Shown in pieces: positions 13,493 through 26,929 of a stretch of DNA of 64,000 bases. This stretch comes from Octopus vulgaris. Its lineage: Eukaryota. Numbering within the stretch: position 1 is the stretch's first letter; each line of letters opens with the position of its first letter. The stretch is taken from the NCBI GenBank assembly GCA_951406725.2, contig OX597817.1, positions 27,714,001-27,778,000 on the forward strand, given 5' to 3'. The translations under genes were made by a program, and so were the position numbers. Under the pieces are notes generated by a model. The model saw nothing but the letters and a program-made list of their open reading frames with translations, was not told where the DNA came from and searched no databases.

Positions 13493-16400
13493 ATGATCGA
13501 TGCCTTATGGGAGAAGATTTTGTTGACGGAAACTTCATAAAGGGCTATCGTACATACATGTGTATATAGATATATATGTATTTGTGTTTTTGTTTTTTCT
13601 TCTACCATTGACAACTAGAGTCGGCTTGTATAAGTCCTCGTAACTTAGTGGCTTGGCAAAAAACGACAGAATAAATACCAGACTTTAAAATCTAAGTACT
13701 GGTTATTAATTTATAGGACACAACCTTTCAAAGTGGTACCCCGGCACGAACGCAATTCAATGAAACAAGTAAATATAAGACCAGTTTTGGCTGCAATTAT
13801 TTCATTGATTGTAGGGTGATGAAATGAAAGTTCAAACTTGTGTTTTGAACCCGGAACCAAAATTAACCTTACTTAATAGGAAAAATTATTCTGTCCGGCG
13901 TTCTATAAATTCTCATATATAGCTTATAAAAATCAAATTATAATGCATATCGAATCGTACTGTATAGAGGACTGTTATGAAAATGTATGGCTATTTGTAG
14001 AGTGTAGGACAGGAAACTGTATGGTTTAGTGTTTCACTGGGACTCACCTGTCGTTCTAATAAATCTAATAAAGACATAAAAATAAAGACGGAGGACAGTA
14101 AATCTTCCTGTTTGGAGACGCAAGCCGATACTTGTTCAATTGAAAAATGCGTCGATGAGCACAATACACATGTCACGAAAACTGTAAGCTTAATAGCTTA
14201 ACCGATGCTTTTCCTTTCTTCATTCTGATTAGAGATTTACATGCAAGAAAGACATGAAAGCTAAGCGTCTTTACATTGATAGAAAGTCACACACCTGTAT
14301 CTCGTTTTCACCTGCATTAAGTTTATTGGCGAAGAAGATCGCTCTAACAATACGTCCGCAACCGGTATTCCTATCGTGATGTCCATTATCTGACTATAGA
14401 ACATCGTTTTAGGCAAAAGCAATAATAGATCACCTTGGGTTATAGCATCCTTTCTTTAAAATTTTTCATTTGTTTCCTTTATCTGTTTTTAGTTATCTGC
14501 TGTTGTTTGGATGAGAAACAACTCACATAAACTGAAGGATCTTTGGATATCGTGTTTATGTCTACAATGTGCAAAATGTCATTACAGCGACAAAAATTAT
14601 AAACAAAATAAATTGCAGCAATTTGTTAACTGCTACACACCAAAGAGACACTAGCATGTTAAGCATACATTAGTTTCACTTAATCATTCTGGTCAACAGT
14701 AACTGTTGCTTACACAGCAGGGCTGACTGGCAGTGTAGTGACTGAAGTAGCAAGAGTGCTTAAGGCGATTATCTATGGTGTTGATGATGATGATCGTTAT
14801 TGTACTGCGAGTTGTAATAGTGGTAACATTAGTGAAAAAAACTTTCCTTGTGCAATTTACGCTATTTAGTTCTTGTCTCTCTATTCCATTTAATGACAAA
14901 AGTTTTATCATTCCAATATCGCCCAATAAAATATTGTTCTTCTTATTTTAGGCTCTTCTTCCCACATCGGACGCTGATATTACAGCAGGACCCGTAACTA
15001 TGTACCGTTTTATTTATGACCAAACCGCCTGTTCGTCTAGAATTGTCTACGGCGAACATCATCCAACTCATCACATAGTTTTGTAAGATGATAAATTGTA
15101 ATTTAAGTGGGATTTGACTGCAAATTCTAACCGGTCGATCGACCGCGTAAAGGTTCCCAAGTAGTATTATGGGAATTTATAAATATTCCAGGAATTGTTT
15201 CTGCTAGATTAAAATAGCAGTGACTGCTGCTATTACACAGAAGTAGTATCTAAATAGTAAGGAAATCTCTCCTTAGGTATATATCCCATGTCAAATATTG
15301 ATTTCAGATTTTGGCACAAGGCCAGCAATTTCGGAGAGGCGATAAATCGATTGCATCGACTACAGTGTTCAAATGGTACTTATGTTATCGATCCCGAAAA
15401 GAGGAAAAACAAAGTCGACCTCGGCGGAATTTGAACTTGAGTATTTTTCCAGGTCTGCTTACGTTTCTGCCAGCTTGCCACCTTATCGCATATCAAATAT
15501 TACGGATTTCTTTACTGATTCATACTAGTTACGATCTTAATGCCCATTCTGCTGCTATTAATTGTTTGTTAATTTCATTGTTTTGGGCGTAACTATATAT
15601 ATATTGATGGATAGTCTTCATTTTACAAGCAATGATACGGTACATGATGCCGGCGGGAGAGAACAAGAAGTAATTCCATAAAAATATATTTGAAAACCAT
15701 CACGCTACCTCATCAAGACAGATGAATAGAATGCCCCTTTACCTTGGAATAAATAGTATATATATGTATTGTATGCAACATACATTTCTCTCTCCCTCTC
15801 TTCAAATGGATATATGCACACAAACACTCACACACCCATACATATTTATACATTAATACTGTCTATGAAAATGCAGCAGCGAATTGCGAATACATTGGGG
15901 TTTGTTTTTCCTACATTGAAAACATCTTTTCATCAATTCTCTGCAGCTTAAAAGACCAACATTATTTACGGTGCTTTTAATCAGATGCTTTACAATGCAC
16001 CCTATCTTCACCACTATAAATGCTAACAATACAAACTAGGAAAACAGCAACATAGTTCACTGATGTTGTACTTAATTTTCACATCCTAATTATTATGATC
16101 AACAGCGCTATAATGCCTATTGTCATAATGTTCATAAGAAACAGCCGCATAATGAAAACAGGCAGTTAATTATTATCGGTCTCATCATACATGTGAACAA
16201 TTTTATCACAACCGTCATTCTCACCATCAAACGTATTGTCAATCGACATCATCCTCAGCGGTATTGCTATTACTTTCAACTAATATCGTCATGGTTATCA
16301 ATTCCATTGTGGAAAATATAAGTTCAGGTTCCGTAACGGCTTGCACTGCGTAATTTAAATTCTCGTTATCATCTAATTTATATGCGATGGATCTTCCACG

Positions 16401-18259
16401 CCCTTGCATAAACAAACTGAAATACGCATACTCTTAGAAATACATCATATCTTGTAGAGTCCCTCCGTTTCGTTCCTACTACAATGACAGACATTTGGTG
16501 TGGATACACGTACACACACGCAGATATATAACACAAATGCACATATGTATAATTGGCTATAATGTCTTCCCAGAAAGTGATGAATATTGATCCTCCTGCT
16601 TTATTCTTGTCTATGTTTATTATTACTCAAATATTTCTACTTCTGCATTTCATAAGCCCTTGTATAGGTAGCGATTACAATATGTGTTATATGATTTTAT
16701 CTTTTGCTTTATATCTGTTACGTCGCACGTTCGGATGCCTTTTACTCAACTCTTCTACTCTTCACTGACGACGTCTAGACTTCTCCCTCTATATCTACGT
16801 ATTGGGCTAGCCTACTTCATCGTCAGAGGGCGTCCACACAACAATATCAAAAGTTGTTGTACGATATACATTATATAATTCAATCGTTTTCGTATGCCAT
16901 TTATTTAAATTGACAACATTCACATTTTCTTCAACGCATTGTATAAATGCAAAACAAATAGCTAAATAAGTATTTAGTTGTTCTTATTTTTCAATCTATA
17001 ACGTAGGGGTTGTGTGTGCTCATTTATAACAGCTGTGTTATGTAATGTTATAACACGAAGAGCAAAAACAACCGATTTGAAAAACTGTTTTAATGCTTGT
17101 AACAAGACTTTACTAGAATTATTGTATAATTCTTGTATAATTTTAGAGTATAAGGTGCGCAATATTTGAGTAAGTTACAGCAGTTACTGTATAGATTACA
17201 TTAGTTGTTTGATATGTGTAATATATATTTTTAAAAAAACATTATTTTATAAACGGAACTGAATATTCATTCTTGATAAATGCCTGTTATAGAGAAGTCT
17301 AGAGACTTGGTCTCCTTATTTATAAGAACGCATTCAAACTTGCATTCATACACGTACGTGTTTGTAATTGCTAATAATTTCTAAGCATAGGTGTAATATC
17401 GAACGTTTTTGACTGCGCAGATCGTGATTAGAGGAGAGGATTACAAATGAATCATCTTAGTATTAGTTCTGGAATTATGAAGGGAAATATGAAATAAGTA
17501 TTTCATGTATATTCGTAAAGCGTCAAAACAATTAAGATTACATCAATGAATTGTAACCAGAAATATATTTGCAATTAACTACTACCAGACTGTATTGGTT
17601 GTGACAGACAAACCATTCAAACATTATTTCTATAAGTCTTGCACTATACATATCTTTTTCAGACGTGGCGAATATGGTTAACAAGATTTCATTCATTTTT
17701 TTTTCTCGAATTTAGCATTTAAATTTGTGCTTTTGTAAACGGATATATGTGAATTCCAACATACTCTCGTTTCTAAAAATCTTTTAGCGATAAGATCATG
17801 ACTACGGAAATTACTAGCTATTTCCAATGTGATTCTTTGGCAACTGAAGTTAAAATCTTACCTCACGGAAATATTTTTTATATTGCTTGGCTCCTCTGCT
17901 GATACTGAGATTGTGGTTTCTGCTACTAACACTACTAGTATAACTAGCATCAACACAGCCACATTTACTTCTATAACTGCTGCTGCCACCTATGTCTGAG
18001 CAGGAGATGTTTACGTTATTATGAAATACATTGATACTTTATTCATTAAAAGAAATTATTTATTTATTTAGGTTTGTCCTGTATTAAATGAAAATAGCGA
18101 TTATTAGTAACTCAGCTTGTCATTTAATTTTTCCGTGAATTTTGAAAGACGCTAATTCATTGCCAACTAAGGTTAGATGTATTTTAAAATGTAGTTAATA
18201 AAGATATTAGGGCAGAAATGGATTGCCTACATTAGAAGAAAGCCATCTTAGGTCTTAGG

Positions 18260-18312
18260 ATGATAATAATAATAAAAGTAATAATACCAACAACAACAAC
18301 AACAACAACAAC

Positions 18313-18345
<33 letters not shown>

Positions 18346-18353
18346 TATTATTA

Positions 18354-18408
<55 letters not shown>

Positions 18409-18565
18409 CATTATTATTCCATGTTTGACTTTTGCTTTACATTTGTACAAGTTGGCTCTAAGTCTCACACAGAGACCTCAAGAGACATGCTGGAAGTTCA
18501 TGTTGGTGTTATACCTAGGGTTCCATATATTTGGTTTTGTTCTTAGTTATTACTATTATTATTAC

Positions 18566-18619
<54 letters not shown>

Positions 18620-18640
18620 TATTATTATTATTATTATAAG
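18260..18640. repeat. (AAT)n/(AAC)n then (TTA)n tracts enclosing a 130-bp insert (18418-18548), probably a Dong-type 3' UTR on the minus strand
   Basis: Tracts visible. Insert on minus reads ...TTGAGGTCTCTGTGTGAGACTTAGAGCC...CATGG-(AAT)n, loosely similar to the 3' UTR start at 11862. Confidence 0.55.
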
Positions 18641-19100
18641 ATATGGACTACAGCAAATATTCTGCTCAATACCACAGATTTGCTCATCAGTTGTTTCACC
18701 TTAACCAGTTGAGGATATCTCTAAATGGCTGACGATATGTGCGTCTCTGACCACAAGCAGAAGTAGTGGGGAAGCATCATAATAATGTGTTGGGAGAAAT
18801 TCTTTGCGGTTTCGATAATTTGCCTTTTGAAACATGGGTGTTTCGTTTAACATCCTTCAAAAAAAATATACAGGGACATTTTTAGCGAGAAGGGCTACTC
18901 AACTTGAAGACAATTCGAACTGGGCTCCACATGCAAGGTCATGCGCTGTTTATCTTGATATGAGATCACCATGTAGCGCACATATGGCTGTGATGCATGT
19001 GCCTCGTGTACCCTTATCAGACGGGTTGTCATGATGAGTATACTGGGCTTCATATATTTTATCCCAGTGTCACTTTGATGGCATGCACTGCTCTCTCACA
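18640..19100 (+). mobile_element. Interspersed repeat ending in an (ATG/AAT)n tail
   Basis: Its last ~35 bp (GTCACTTTGATGGCATGCACTGCTCTCTC) recur in reverse orientation at ~54980-55022, again beside trinucleotide repeats. Confidence 0.5.
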
Positions 19101-19144
19101 AGATGATAATGATGATGATGATGATGATGATGATGATAATAATG

Positions 19145-19204
<60 letters not shown>

Positions 19205-19670
19205 TTAATAATAATAATAATAATAATAATAACAACAATTGCTTTTGTTGTTTTAGTATATCGTATTAAAATATATAGTTTTCGATTTCTGAAAATATGT
19301 AAATGAAAATATAATTACATGCATCTGGGCACATGAAGTTATAAAGCACCGGTCAAATAAGTTTAACCCCATCACACAGAAAGGTGAGAATCCACCACGT
19401 AGGTTTTATGAAAGTGAGCTACGACCCTGCGATATACATATCCAATTGTTTTGTCTCTGCTCTTGTCTGTTTTGTTTTCTTCCTTAGTGTATTCCCCCTT
19501 TCTGGGTTTCATAAGTGACATTTATTCTCACATATGTAACCGTTGTGAGTTCTGACTTGCACCACCGGTCGTATTGCTTTTATCACTGCAGTCGCGATAG
19601 AATATTGCTTCCGAACTTTTCAGTGTTACTTTAGTGCCATGAGAAATCTCGTAGTGTTTCCAGAAGCCCG

Positions 19671-22014
19671 TTTTTTAAAAATTTATAAGTATTAGGAGAA
19701 ATTCGAAAGAAACAAAAGCGACATCAGGAAGATGTTAAGTGTATACGCTTGTGTGTGTTTGTGTGTGTGTGTGTGTGCATGTGTGTGTGTGTCTGTGTGC
19801 ATGTGTGCGTGTGTTAAATAATTAAAGCGATAGAGAATATGGAGGCTGTTATACCCTTAACATTTATTCCTTTGTATATTACAATGTCATACACTACATT
19901 TTAAACATAAAAATATGCTGTAGAGCATTGTAAAATACAAAGAAATACATTTTTAGGATGTTACAGTCACCATATTCTCTATCGCTATAATTTTTGCTAA
20001 TATGCACTCCAGATAATATTGCCATCAAGTGAGGCGAATATTTAGCGTCCGTTATTTTCGGCTTACATTGTGCCATATATGTAACGGAAAAACCAAATAT
20101 CAATATCACCACTATTATCCTTTTCTGTGATTTTAGTGATACATCTACTAAATGCAGCACCGGCTTATGGCAATTGTAAGGAATTCGAACTGGGCTCTAG
20201 TTAGCTACGTTGTTTCCTTCTGAGACAATGCATACTCTTTCATCAGACCTAACCATTTCAGTAAAGCCCATGTCCTACCAGAACTCCTCTATCTTTTCCT
20301 TTAACTATTTCTTTGGTGGCTTACGAAGCTGCCCTTATTCGAAGCAGAAGTATATCCCCCTCTCTTTGCATTTTCATTGACAAATATGATAGTACATTTG
20401 GTACACTTTTTGTGTGATTACTTTAGTCAATTACATTGTTTGATTAAATTCGACCTGCATCTAAAACACTATCTGTTTTTTGGGGGGGTTTCTGTTGACG
20501 GTAGCAAATGTCTTGCATTCAATACTGTTAATTTTGTGCAAATTTTCACTTTTGTCAGTTTTTATATTGTTGTTGGCAACATTGTATACATCATATTAAT
20601 TTGGTGTTATATAGTAGCTGTCTGTAATAGCTTATGTCGCTGTTTGAGAGCATACCAATTTTTCTATTTATATTTTAAAATATTTATATATTTCTAGATG
20701 TATTTTCGAGTATTTGGAAATTATTTTAACATATACCTGAGTGTTAGTACATCTTACTGGCCGCTCTAGTAAAAGGAACCATATTGCAAAATGTAAATGG
20801 AAGAAAATGTTTCAGTTCAAATAAAATAATAACTATAAGGCAGGACCTTCTACTCCGGCTGTTCCAAAGTGTTTGTTCAGCAAAGCATTCCTATGAAAGA
20901 AAAACAATTTATATAACAAAACTTGGTAGTACTACTGGAGCTGTTGAAAAATATTTTCGTTCTAAGCAAAACACTAGAGTATTGGCAATGTCAATGATCA
21001 ATCACAAAAGAAATAGAAAATTTAGGACAAATTAATAATCTATGAACCCTAATTCTGACAGAAATTATCAGGAGGCCTAAAAGCAAAAGCAAAAGAAAAT
21101 AGAATGAATGTACTGAGTTACTTTTTCAGTCATGTTTTTGGAGGACCTTAGTTATTTTGCTCAACAAAACATAACCAAAATTGTACAGACTGAAAAAAAC
21201 TGATTGCTGGTGAATGCTTCAAACATAAAAAGAGTAACGATTAAAATAATAATCGACTTTTTGCAACTAATGCTCCTACAACGAAACAACTAAAACATAA
21301 GCAAAACAAAATATCAGCAATAAAATGAATGCAACCAAATGACATCTTTAGACGTATCAGTTCTCAAAAAAATAAGCATCAAAACGTTAAAGGAAAAAAT
21401 CTCGTATAAATGCAAATTACAAGGATAACATAGTTTAGAAATTATATAGAAAACTTAAGTCAAAGCAAAAAAACGAAATTAAGTTAGAAAATGCAACAAG
21501 ATTGATAAAACAGCAGACATATCTAAAATAACTCTCACAAGTGCGAACGAAGAAAGACATACAGTGCATATAGTGTATTACAGCATACGTTTCAGAGTTC
21601 CGGGGATGAAATCTTTGGAAAACAAGTGTTAAATAAGTAAAACGTAGGTTTTTCTAAAAAGGAAATAGTAGAGATAAATTAACCAAATTTTTTTTTAAAT
21701 ATTTATAAATATTAGGAGAAATTCAAAACAAACAAAAGAAACATCAGGAAGATGTCAAGCGTGTATTTGTGTGTGTGTGTGAGTGTTCAATAATTCAAGT
21801 GATAGAGACTATGGAGACTGGTATACCCTCAACATTTATTCCTTTGTATATTACAATGTCATACACTACATTTTAAACATAAAAATATAAACTGTAGAAC
21901 ATTGTAAAATACAAATAAATAAATTTTGAGGATGTCATAGTCACCATATTCATTACCGTTATAATTATTGCTAATATGCGCTCCAGATGATATTGCCATC
22001 AAGTGAGGCGAATA
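19671..22014 (+). repeat. Pair of ~330-370-bp direct repeats (19671-20040 and 21691-22014)
   Basis: Colinear from TTTTTTAAA.ATTTATAA.TATTAGGAGAAATTC to TATTGCCATCAAGTGAGGCGAATA, with an internal (GT)n of differing length. Confidence 0.9.
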
Positions 22015-22175
22015 CGGAATTACCCATCGGGGGAATTTACAGCGTGGATGACAACTCCTAGTAGTCATAGGTGTTAAATACTAAACACTACGGTTAGTCT
22101 TAACCGGGAACATAATTGAGAGTTTCCACGGTATCCGTCCACATAATCCATCCCTCTAAACTTACCTTCATACAT

Positions 22176-22233
<58 letters not shown>

Positions 22234-22254
22234 TTATATATACGTAGCTGAGAG

Positions 22255-22714
22255 TTGTCTTGACTCTTATCTCTAGCAAGGCCGGTGCTCGCTAGCACCC
22301 CTCGTCACTTTAGTGACGTGACTACGCTTGTTGCCCTCAGTTGTAAATTTCGAATACACACCTTAATAATTTATAATACTTCACTATTTTCTAAATCAGT
22401 CAATGTTTCTTATGGTGTTCACCATAAGGCTCACAGGGAGAGTTACGTTCTTTAAACCTCAGTGACTGAGTAATGGGTCACTGATGGAGATTAATCGAAT
22501 CTGAAATCAGCGCTTATATGACTCTGTGTCGCTTGTGGTAGTGAGGGATCTTGTCTCCCCTGTTAGTCGTTAGAAAAGTACTCCCATGTGTCCAATAATT
22601 GTTTTGACTCTTATTTCTAGCAATGCTGGTGTTGACTAGCACCCTCCGTCACTTTAGTGACGGCTATACCTGTTGCCTTTCGGTTCGAAATTGAGAATAA
22701 ACACCTTAATAATT
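22255..22714 (+). repeat. ~344-bp unit in ~1.3 tandem copies containing a hammerhead motif (retrozyme-like or PLE terminal repeat)
   Basis: 22255-22371 repeats at 22599-22714; HHR between the copies; bounded by (CA)n(TA)n and (TA)n. Confidence 0.75.
22475..22524 (+). ncRNA. Type I hammerhead ribozyme (A9G core change)
   Basis: Stem I GGGTCA/TGACTC; CTGATGG; stem II AGATT-AATCG-AATCT; GAAA; stem III TCAGCGCTTA containing palindrome AGCGCT; TA. Confidence 0.72.
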
Positions 22715-22730
22715 CATATATATATATATA

Positions 22731-23119
22731 CTAGCAGTATCGCCCGGCGTTGCTCGGGTTTGTAAGGGAAATAACTATAAAGCATTATTAGAGAGTTATA
22801 GCCAAAAGATAGCAAAAAATGCATTAAAAATGGAAAAAATATGATGGTAAATTTTTTTTAAATCGTTGACTCATCGTAGACATTTTTAGAGAGTTACTTC
22901 TCTTTAAAAAAATATGCATTAAAATGGAAAAAATGATGGTAAATTATTTTTAAAATCGTAGACTCATCGTAGACGCGCGCTAATACCCAGAAGGGCTCGA
23001 TATGAATCACGACTATAAGATACCCGGTTTTGGTTAAACTGCACCGCAAAATGTGGGAGTAGTTAGGAATCTAAATCGGAGTAGACAGACACACAACCTT
23101 ACTTTTTTATATATAAAGA
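22731..23119 (-). mobile_element. Non-autonomous Helitron
   Basis: Minus strand begins TCTTTATATATAA after an A and ends with hairpin CCCGAGCAACGCCGGG, 8 nt, then CTAG before a T: canonical TC...hairpin...CTAG at an A|T site with no TSD. Internal ~90-bp tandem duplication. Confidence 0.85.
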
Positions 23120-23559
23120 TATATACATAGAGCATAAAAATGCAGAATACTAAGGAGAGAAAGCTGTTCCTCGACTTCTGGAAGTTGGGAATTACGTAAT
23201 AACCGTAATGTTCATAGTTAGCTGATAGAACGTGCAAAAAGCCATGGATATGCACCCAGTAAATTGTAGCATAGAGATATTAGAGAAAAACAAGGCGATA
23301 GCATGCCACATATTTGTGCGAGAGATTTAAAAGTGGAAGAGGAGAAGGGGAAGAGAAGAGTAACAGTCAAGTAAAGGAAGGATGTAAGCGGAATATGGAG
23401 GGGGAGTAGTAGAGAGTTAGAGGAAGTCCAAGAAGACATACAGGTGAAGAGAGGGAAGGGATATCAGTAATCGGGGGAGTGAACAGTAACAGAAGAAGTG
23501 AACCGGGAGAGGAGGAGAGATAAGGGCAGAATAATGAAAGGAACTGCTACTGGTGGTCG

Positions 23560-23832
23560 GGTATGCCACTAATCAGACTTTAAATCAATTCCTCCGGCGT
23601 ACCCAATGAATTATAAGACTTGTGAAAAGAGATCAAGGTGATTTTAAAAAGTCGTCTACGTATGTTACCATAGCAACTTTCAATGCAGGAGTTGTAGAAA
23701 CTATTTTTCTTCAGGATCACATTCATCATTAGAAGTAGAACGTGAAATATATTACGGAGATGTACTCGCATAGCAAGTGATTTGATCTGAGATCGTGTAC
23801 TGGAACGAAAACAATTGCAGCGTGGAAGGTGT
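23560..23832 (-). pseudogene. Possible highly degraded PLE Cys-linker/GIY-YIG fragment
   Basis: PRCNC...IKS...TSN-like residues resemble the PLE linker before GIY-YIG; followed on minus by a pyrimidine-rich tail. Weak. Confidence 0.3.
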
Positions 23833-23892
23833 TTGTAAGTCATTAAAGAAACACACAAAAGCCGTTCGATTCACTTCAACATTTAAGTTTAA

Positions 23893-23943
23893 TTTGTCAA
23901 AATATTTTCGTCGCTAAAAGACCGCGACCTGTTCACTGACAAA
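23893..23943 (-). ncRNA. Type I hammerhead ribozyme with G3:C8 core variant
   Basis: Minus strand TTTGTCA-GTGAACA-G-GTCGC-GGTCTTTTA-GCGAC-GAAA-ATAT-TT-TGACAAA: perfect 7-bp stem I, 5-bp stem II, palindromic minimal stem III. Confidence 0.72.
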
Positions 23944-24046
23944 AATCCGTGCGGCATCTGAAATAAATTTCAACTAAAATAAAAGGCTGATTAACGGCAG
24001 ATCCTTACAAACCATGGTTGCTAGTTTAGCAATATGTATACGCCCA

Positions 24047-24279
24047 AAGGCGACGAGCTGGCAGAATCGTTAGCACGCCAGGCGAAATGCGTAGCCGTAT
24101 TTCGTCTGCAGTTACGTCCTGAGTTCAAATTCCGCCGAGGTCGACTTTGCCTTTCATCCTTTCGGGGTCGATTAAATAAGTACCAGTTACGCTCTGGGGT
24201 CGATATAATTGACTTAGTCCCCTTGACTGACATTGTTTGTCCCCTCTATGTTTAGCCCCTTGTGGGCAATAAAGAATTA
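24047..24279 (+). mobile_element. Full-length family A SINE
   Basis: Perfect 16-bp TSD AATATGTATACGCCCA (24031-24046, 24280-24295). Confidence 0.93.
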
Positions 24280-24669
24280 AATATGTATACGCCCACGAAG
24301 TTACATGCAAGAAAAAAAAGCAAGTTCTTATAATACTGAATTAATACCCCAAATAGTCTATAAGCTTCCTGGAGTAGTGTATAAAATAAAGGGTCTTACG
24401 TAATTACATATTGAATGATGGATTATCAATACTAAGGTTTGCATACTACATATTAGGAACATTATAAACCAGATAAAAATGGGTATAAGCAGTGATGATT
24501 TTAAAAAGATTCTTACAATTAAGGTCAAATTTTTAAATTCTGTGATAGCTTTCAAATATTACTTGTTGCATTAAAATTTAGTACAAACAACTGACTTGCT
24601 TGCATCTTATTTTCCTTCGCTCGTTGCAATGAAACAATTATAATGTTTCGTGAACGATATTTTGCAAGA

Positions 24670-24904
24670 AAGGCGGTGAGCTGGCAGACACGTTAGCACG
24701 CCGGGCGAAATGCCTTGCTGTATTTCGTCTGCCGTTACGTTCTGAGTTCAAATTCCGCCGAGGTCGACTTTGCCTTTCATCCCTTCGGGGTCGATAAATT
24801 AAGTACCACCTACGCACTGGGGTCGATGTAATCGACTTAATCCGTTTGTCTGTCCTTGTTTGTCCCCTCTATGTTTAGCCCCTTGTGGGTAGTAAAGACA
24901 TAGG
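24670..24904 (+). mobile_element. Full-length family A SINE
   Basis: 12-bp TSD TATTTTGCAAGA (24658-24669, 24905-24916). Confidence 0.93.
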
Positions 24905-25625
24905 TATTTTGCAAGATATTTGAGGACGCCTGTCGACTACCAATTTTCTTTCTCTGTCTGTCTGTCTGTCTATGCATGTGCGTATCTATAAAGTTACATA
25001 TATGCGTACACACACACACACACACATGTATACATATACACATATAAACATACATATGCACACACACACACACATATCTAGAGAGAGAGGAGGAGTAGAA
25101 GTGTGGGAGAGTCACATTTAGATAAATACGTGTGAAGGAAAGAAAGCAAATTGTATATGCAATATTGAAAGGAATGTGACAATCTACTGGCAGCTGAAGC
25201 TTCAGAAATCATTATTTCCAATGACTTCTTGCCGATCTTTAAGCGAATACAAAACAAAAATTGGAATGTACCACTCTCACAATTGTCAATAGTTTATATG
25301 TTTTTCTAAATACATTCAGGCCCCTCAATTTTCTCCCGGTTCAAATGACAGCACGTCTTTATCAAAAATTTTCTATCGTACTGCTATGATATTCTTATAT
25401 TTCTATAGTATTATAAGATATATTAACATATTTCATGTTCCAGTTTTCACAAGTTTCCGAACCAGCAAAAGATGTGTGATATTTTTTCAACTTTTAAATA
25501 TATGCGTGTGTGTGTTTATATATGCATATATATATATATACACATACATACACACACATTTATATATGTATATATATATACATACATACACACACATTTA
25601 TATATGTATATATATACATACACAC

Positions 25626-25669
<44 letters not shown>

Positions 25670-25692
25670 TTATATATGTGTATTTGTGTGCG

Positions 25693-25759
<67 letters not shown>

Positions 25760-26929
25760 ATACATACATACATACATACATACATAGAGTGGTAAATTGA
25801 TTGACGGATGAATAGACTGATAGATAGATACATACATAGATAGATAGTTTTCAATGTATATGCGTGTGCCTGCGTGTGCCTGCGTGTGCCTGACTGTCTG
25901 TCTGTCTGTAAGTATATATGTATGTGCATGTATATGAATGCAGCAGCAGTGTCTGTTCGTGTTTGAATAAACCGGTATATTTTACCGTCCATTATGCATA
26001 AAAAAAGCGATAACTTTACTTTTTGATAAATAGAGATCATTACAATGAGTATCAGACCGAAATATGTAGTAAAGGCGATATGATCGATTAAACCTCTTGA
26101 AGTCGGTGTCCCAGCATGGCCGAGGTCAATAACTAAAATCAGTGAAAGAATAAGAATTACGCCGTGGAACATTGATGATAGTCATATAAAATACGCTTAT
26201 TCCGTTACATTGACTGTAGTTATATTATTTATACTATAAATTATCAAAAGGCTTCGTCGTACACCTATGACCTAATCACTGATACACTTCTTTTGTGTCT
26301 ACTGGAAGTTAGCTGTTGGCCGTTTCGTATAAACCGTGAAGAAAAATTGTTTGTCTGTCCCTTTATCTGTTCTGTTTATCTGATTCGAAGAAAAGACTAC
26401 ATTCCAATATCTTAATTTCATTTCCTTTTGATTATAGAAGCGGTTAATGAGTTTTATATCGCAATTTTATATATGTAGCCATTATTTCCTTATGATCATG
26501 GGCAGCTGTCTTGGGGAAGAAGATGGTTGTTCGGTTAGAGCTTTGGTAGGTTGATCTTTGATGGATATTATTATTGGAAATTTATATGTGAGCATGCTTG
26601 TTTGTATTTCGTCTACATGAAAATATACAATCTTGGTAACATCTAACTTCGCTTCGATGCAGGGGATATGATTCAGTAACGCAGTCCTAGATATACGAAC
26701 AATTATTTTACACTTTATAGTATATAATATGATCTCGGAATTATTATACTCAATAATACTATATGCTATATATTACTATAACAAAAAAAATATATGTAAT
26801 AAAAGTAATGATATTCTTGTTTTAAGTGACTCCCGTGTGTCTTTGGAGTATCGTTTCGTTTTCTACACGCGGTGTCTTGAAATCATTTGCCAAACAAGTA
26901 TAATTCTGAAAATGTACTAAAATTTTGAA

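Noticed and set aside
20195-20255. Minus-strand CTGATGA...GAAACAACGTA
   Set aside because: Stem II does not close next to the core; compatible with chance.
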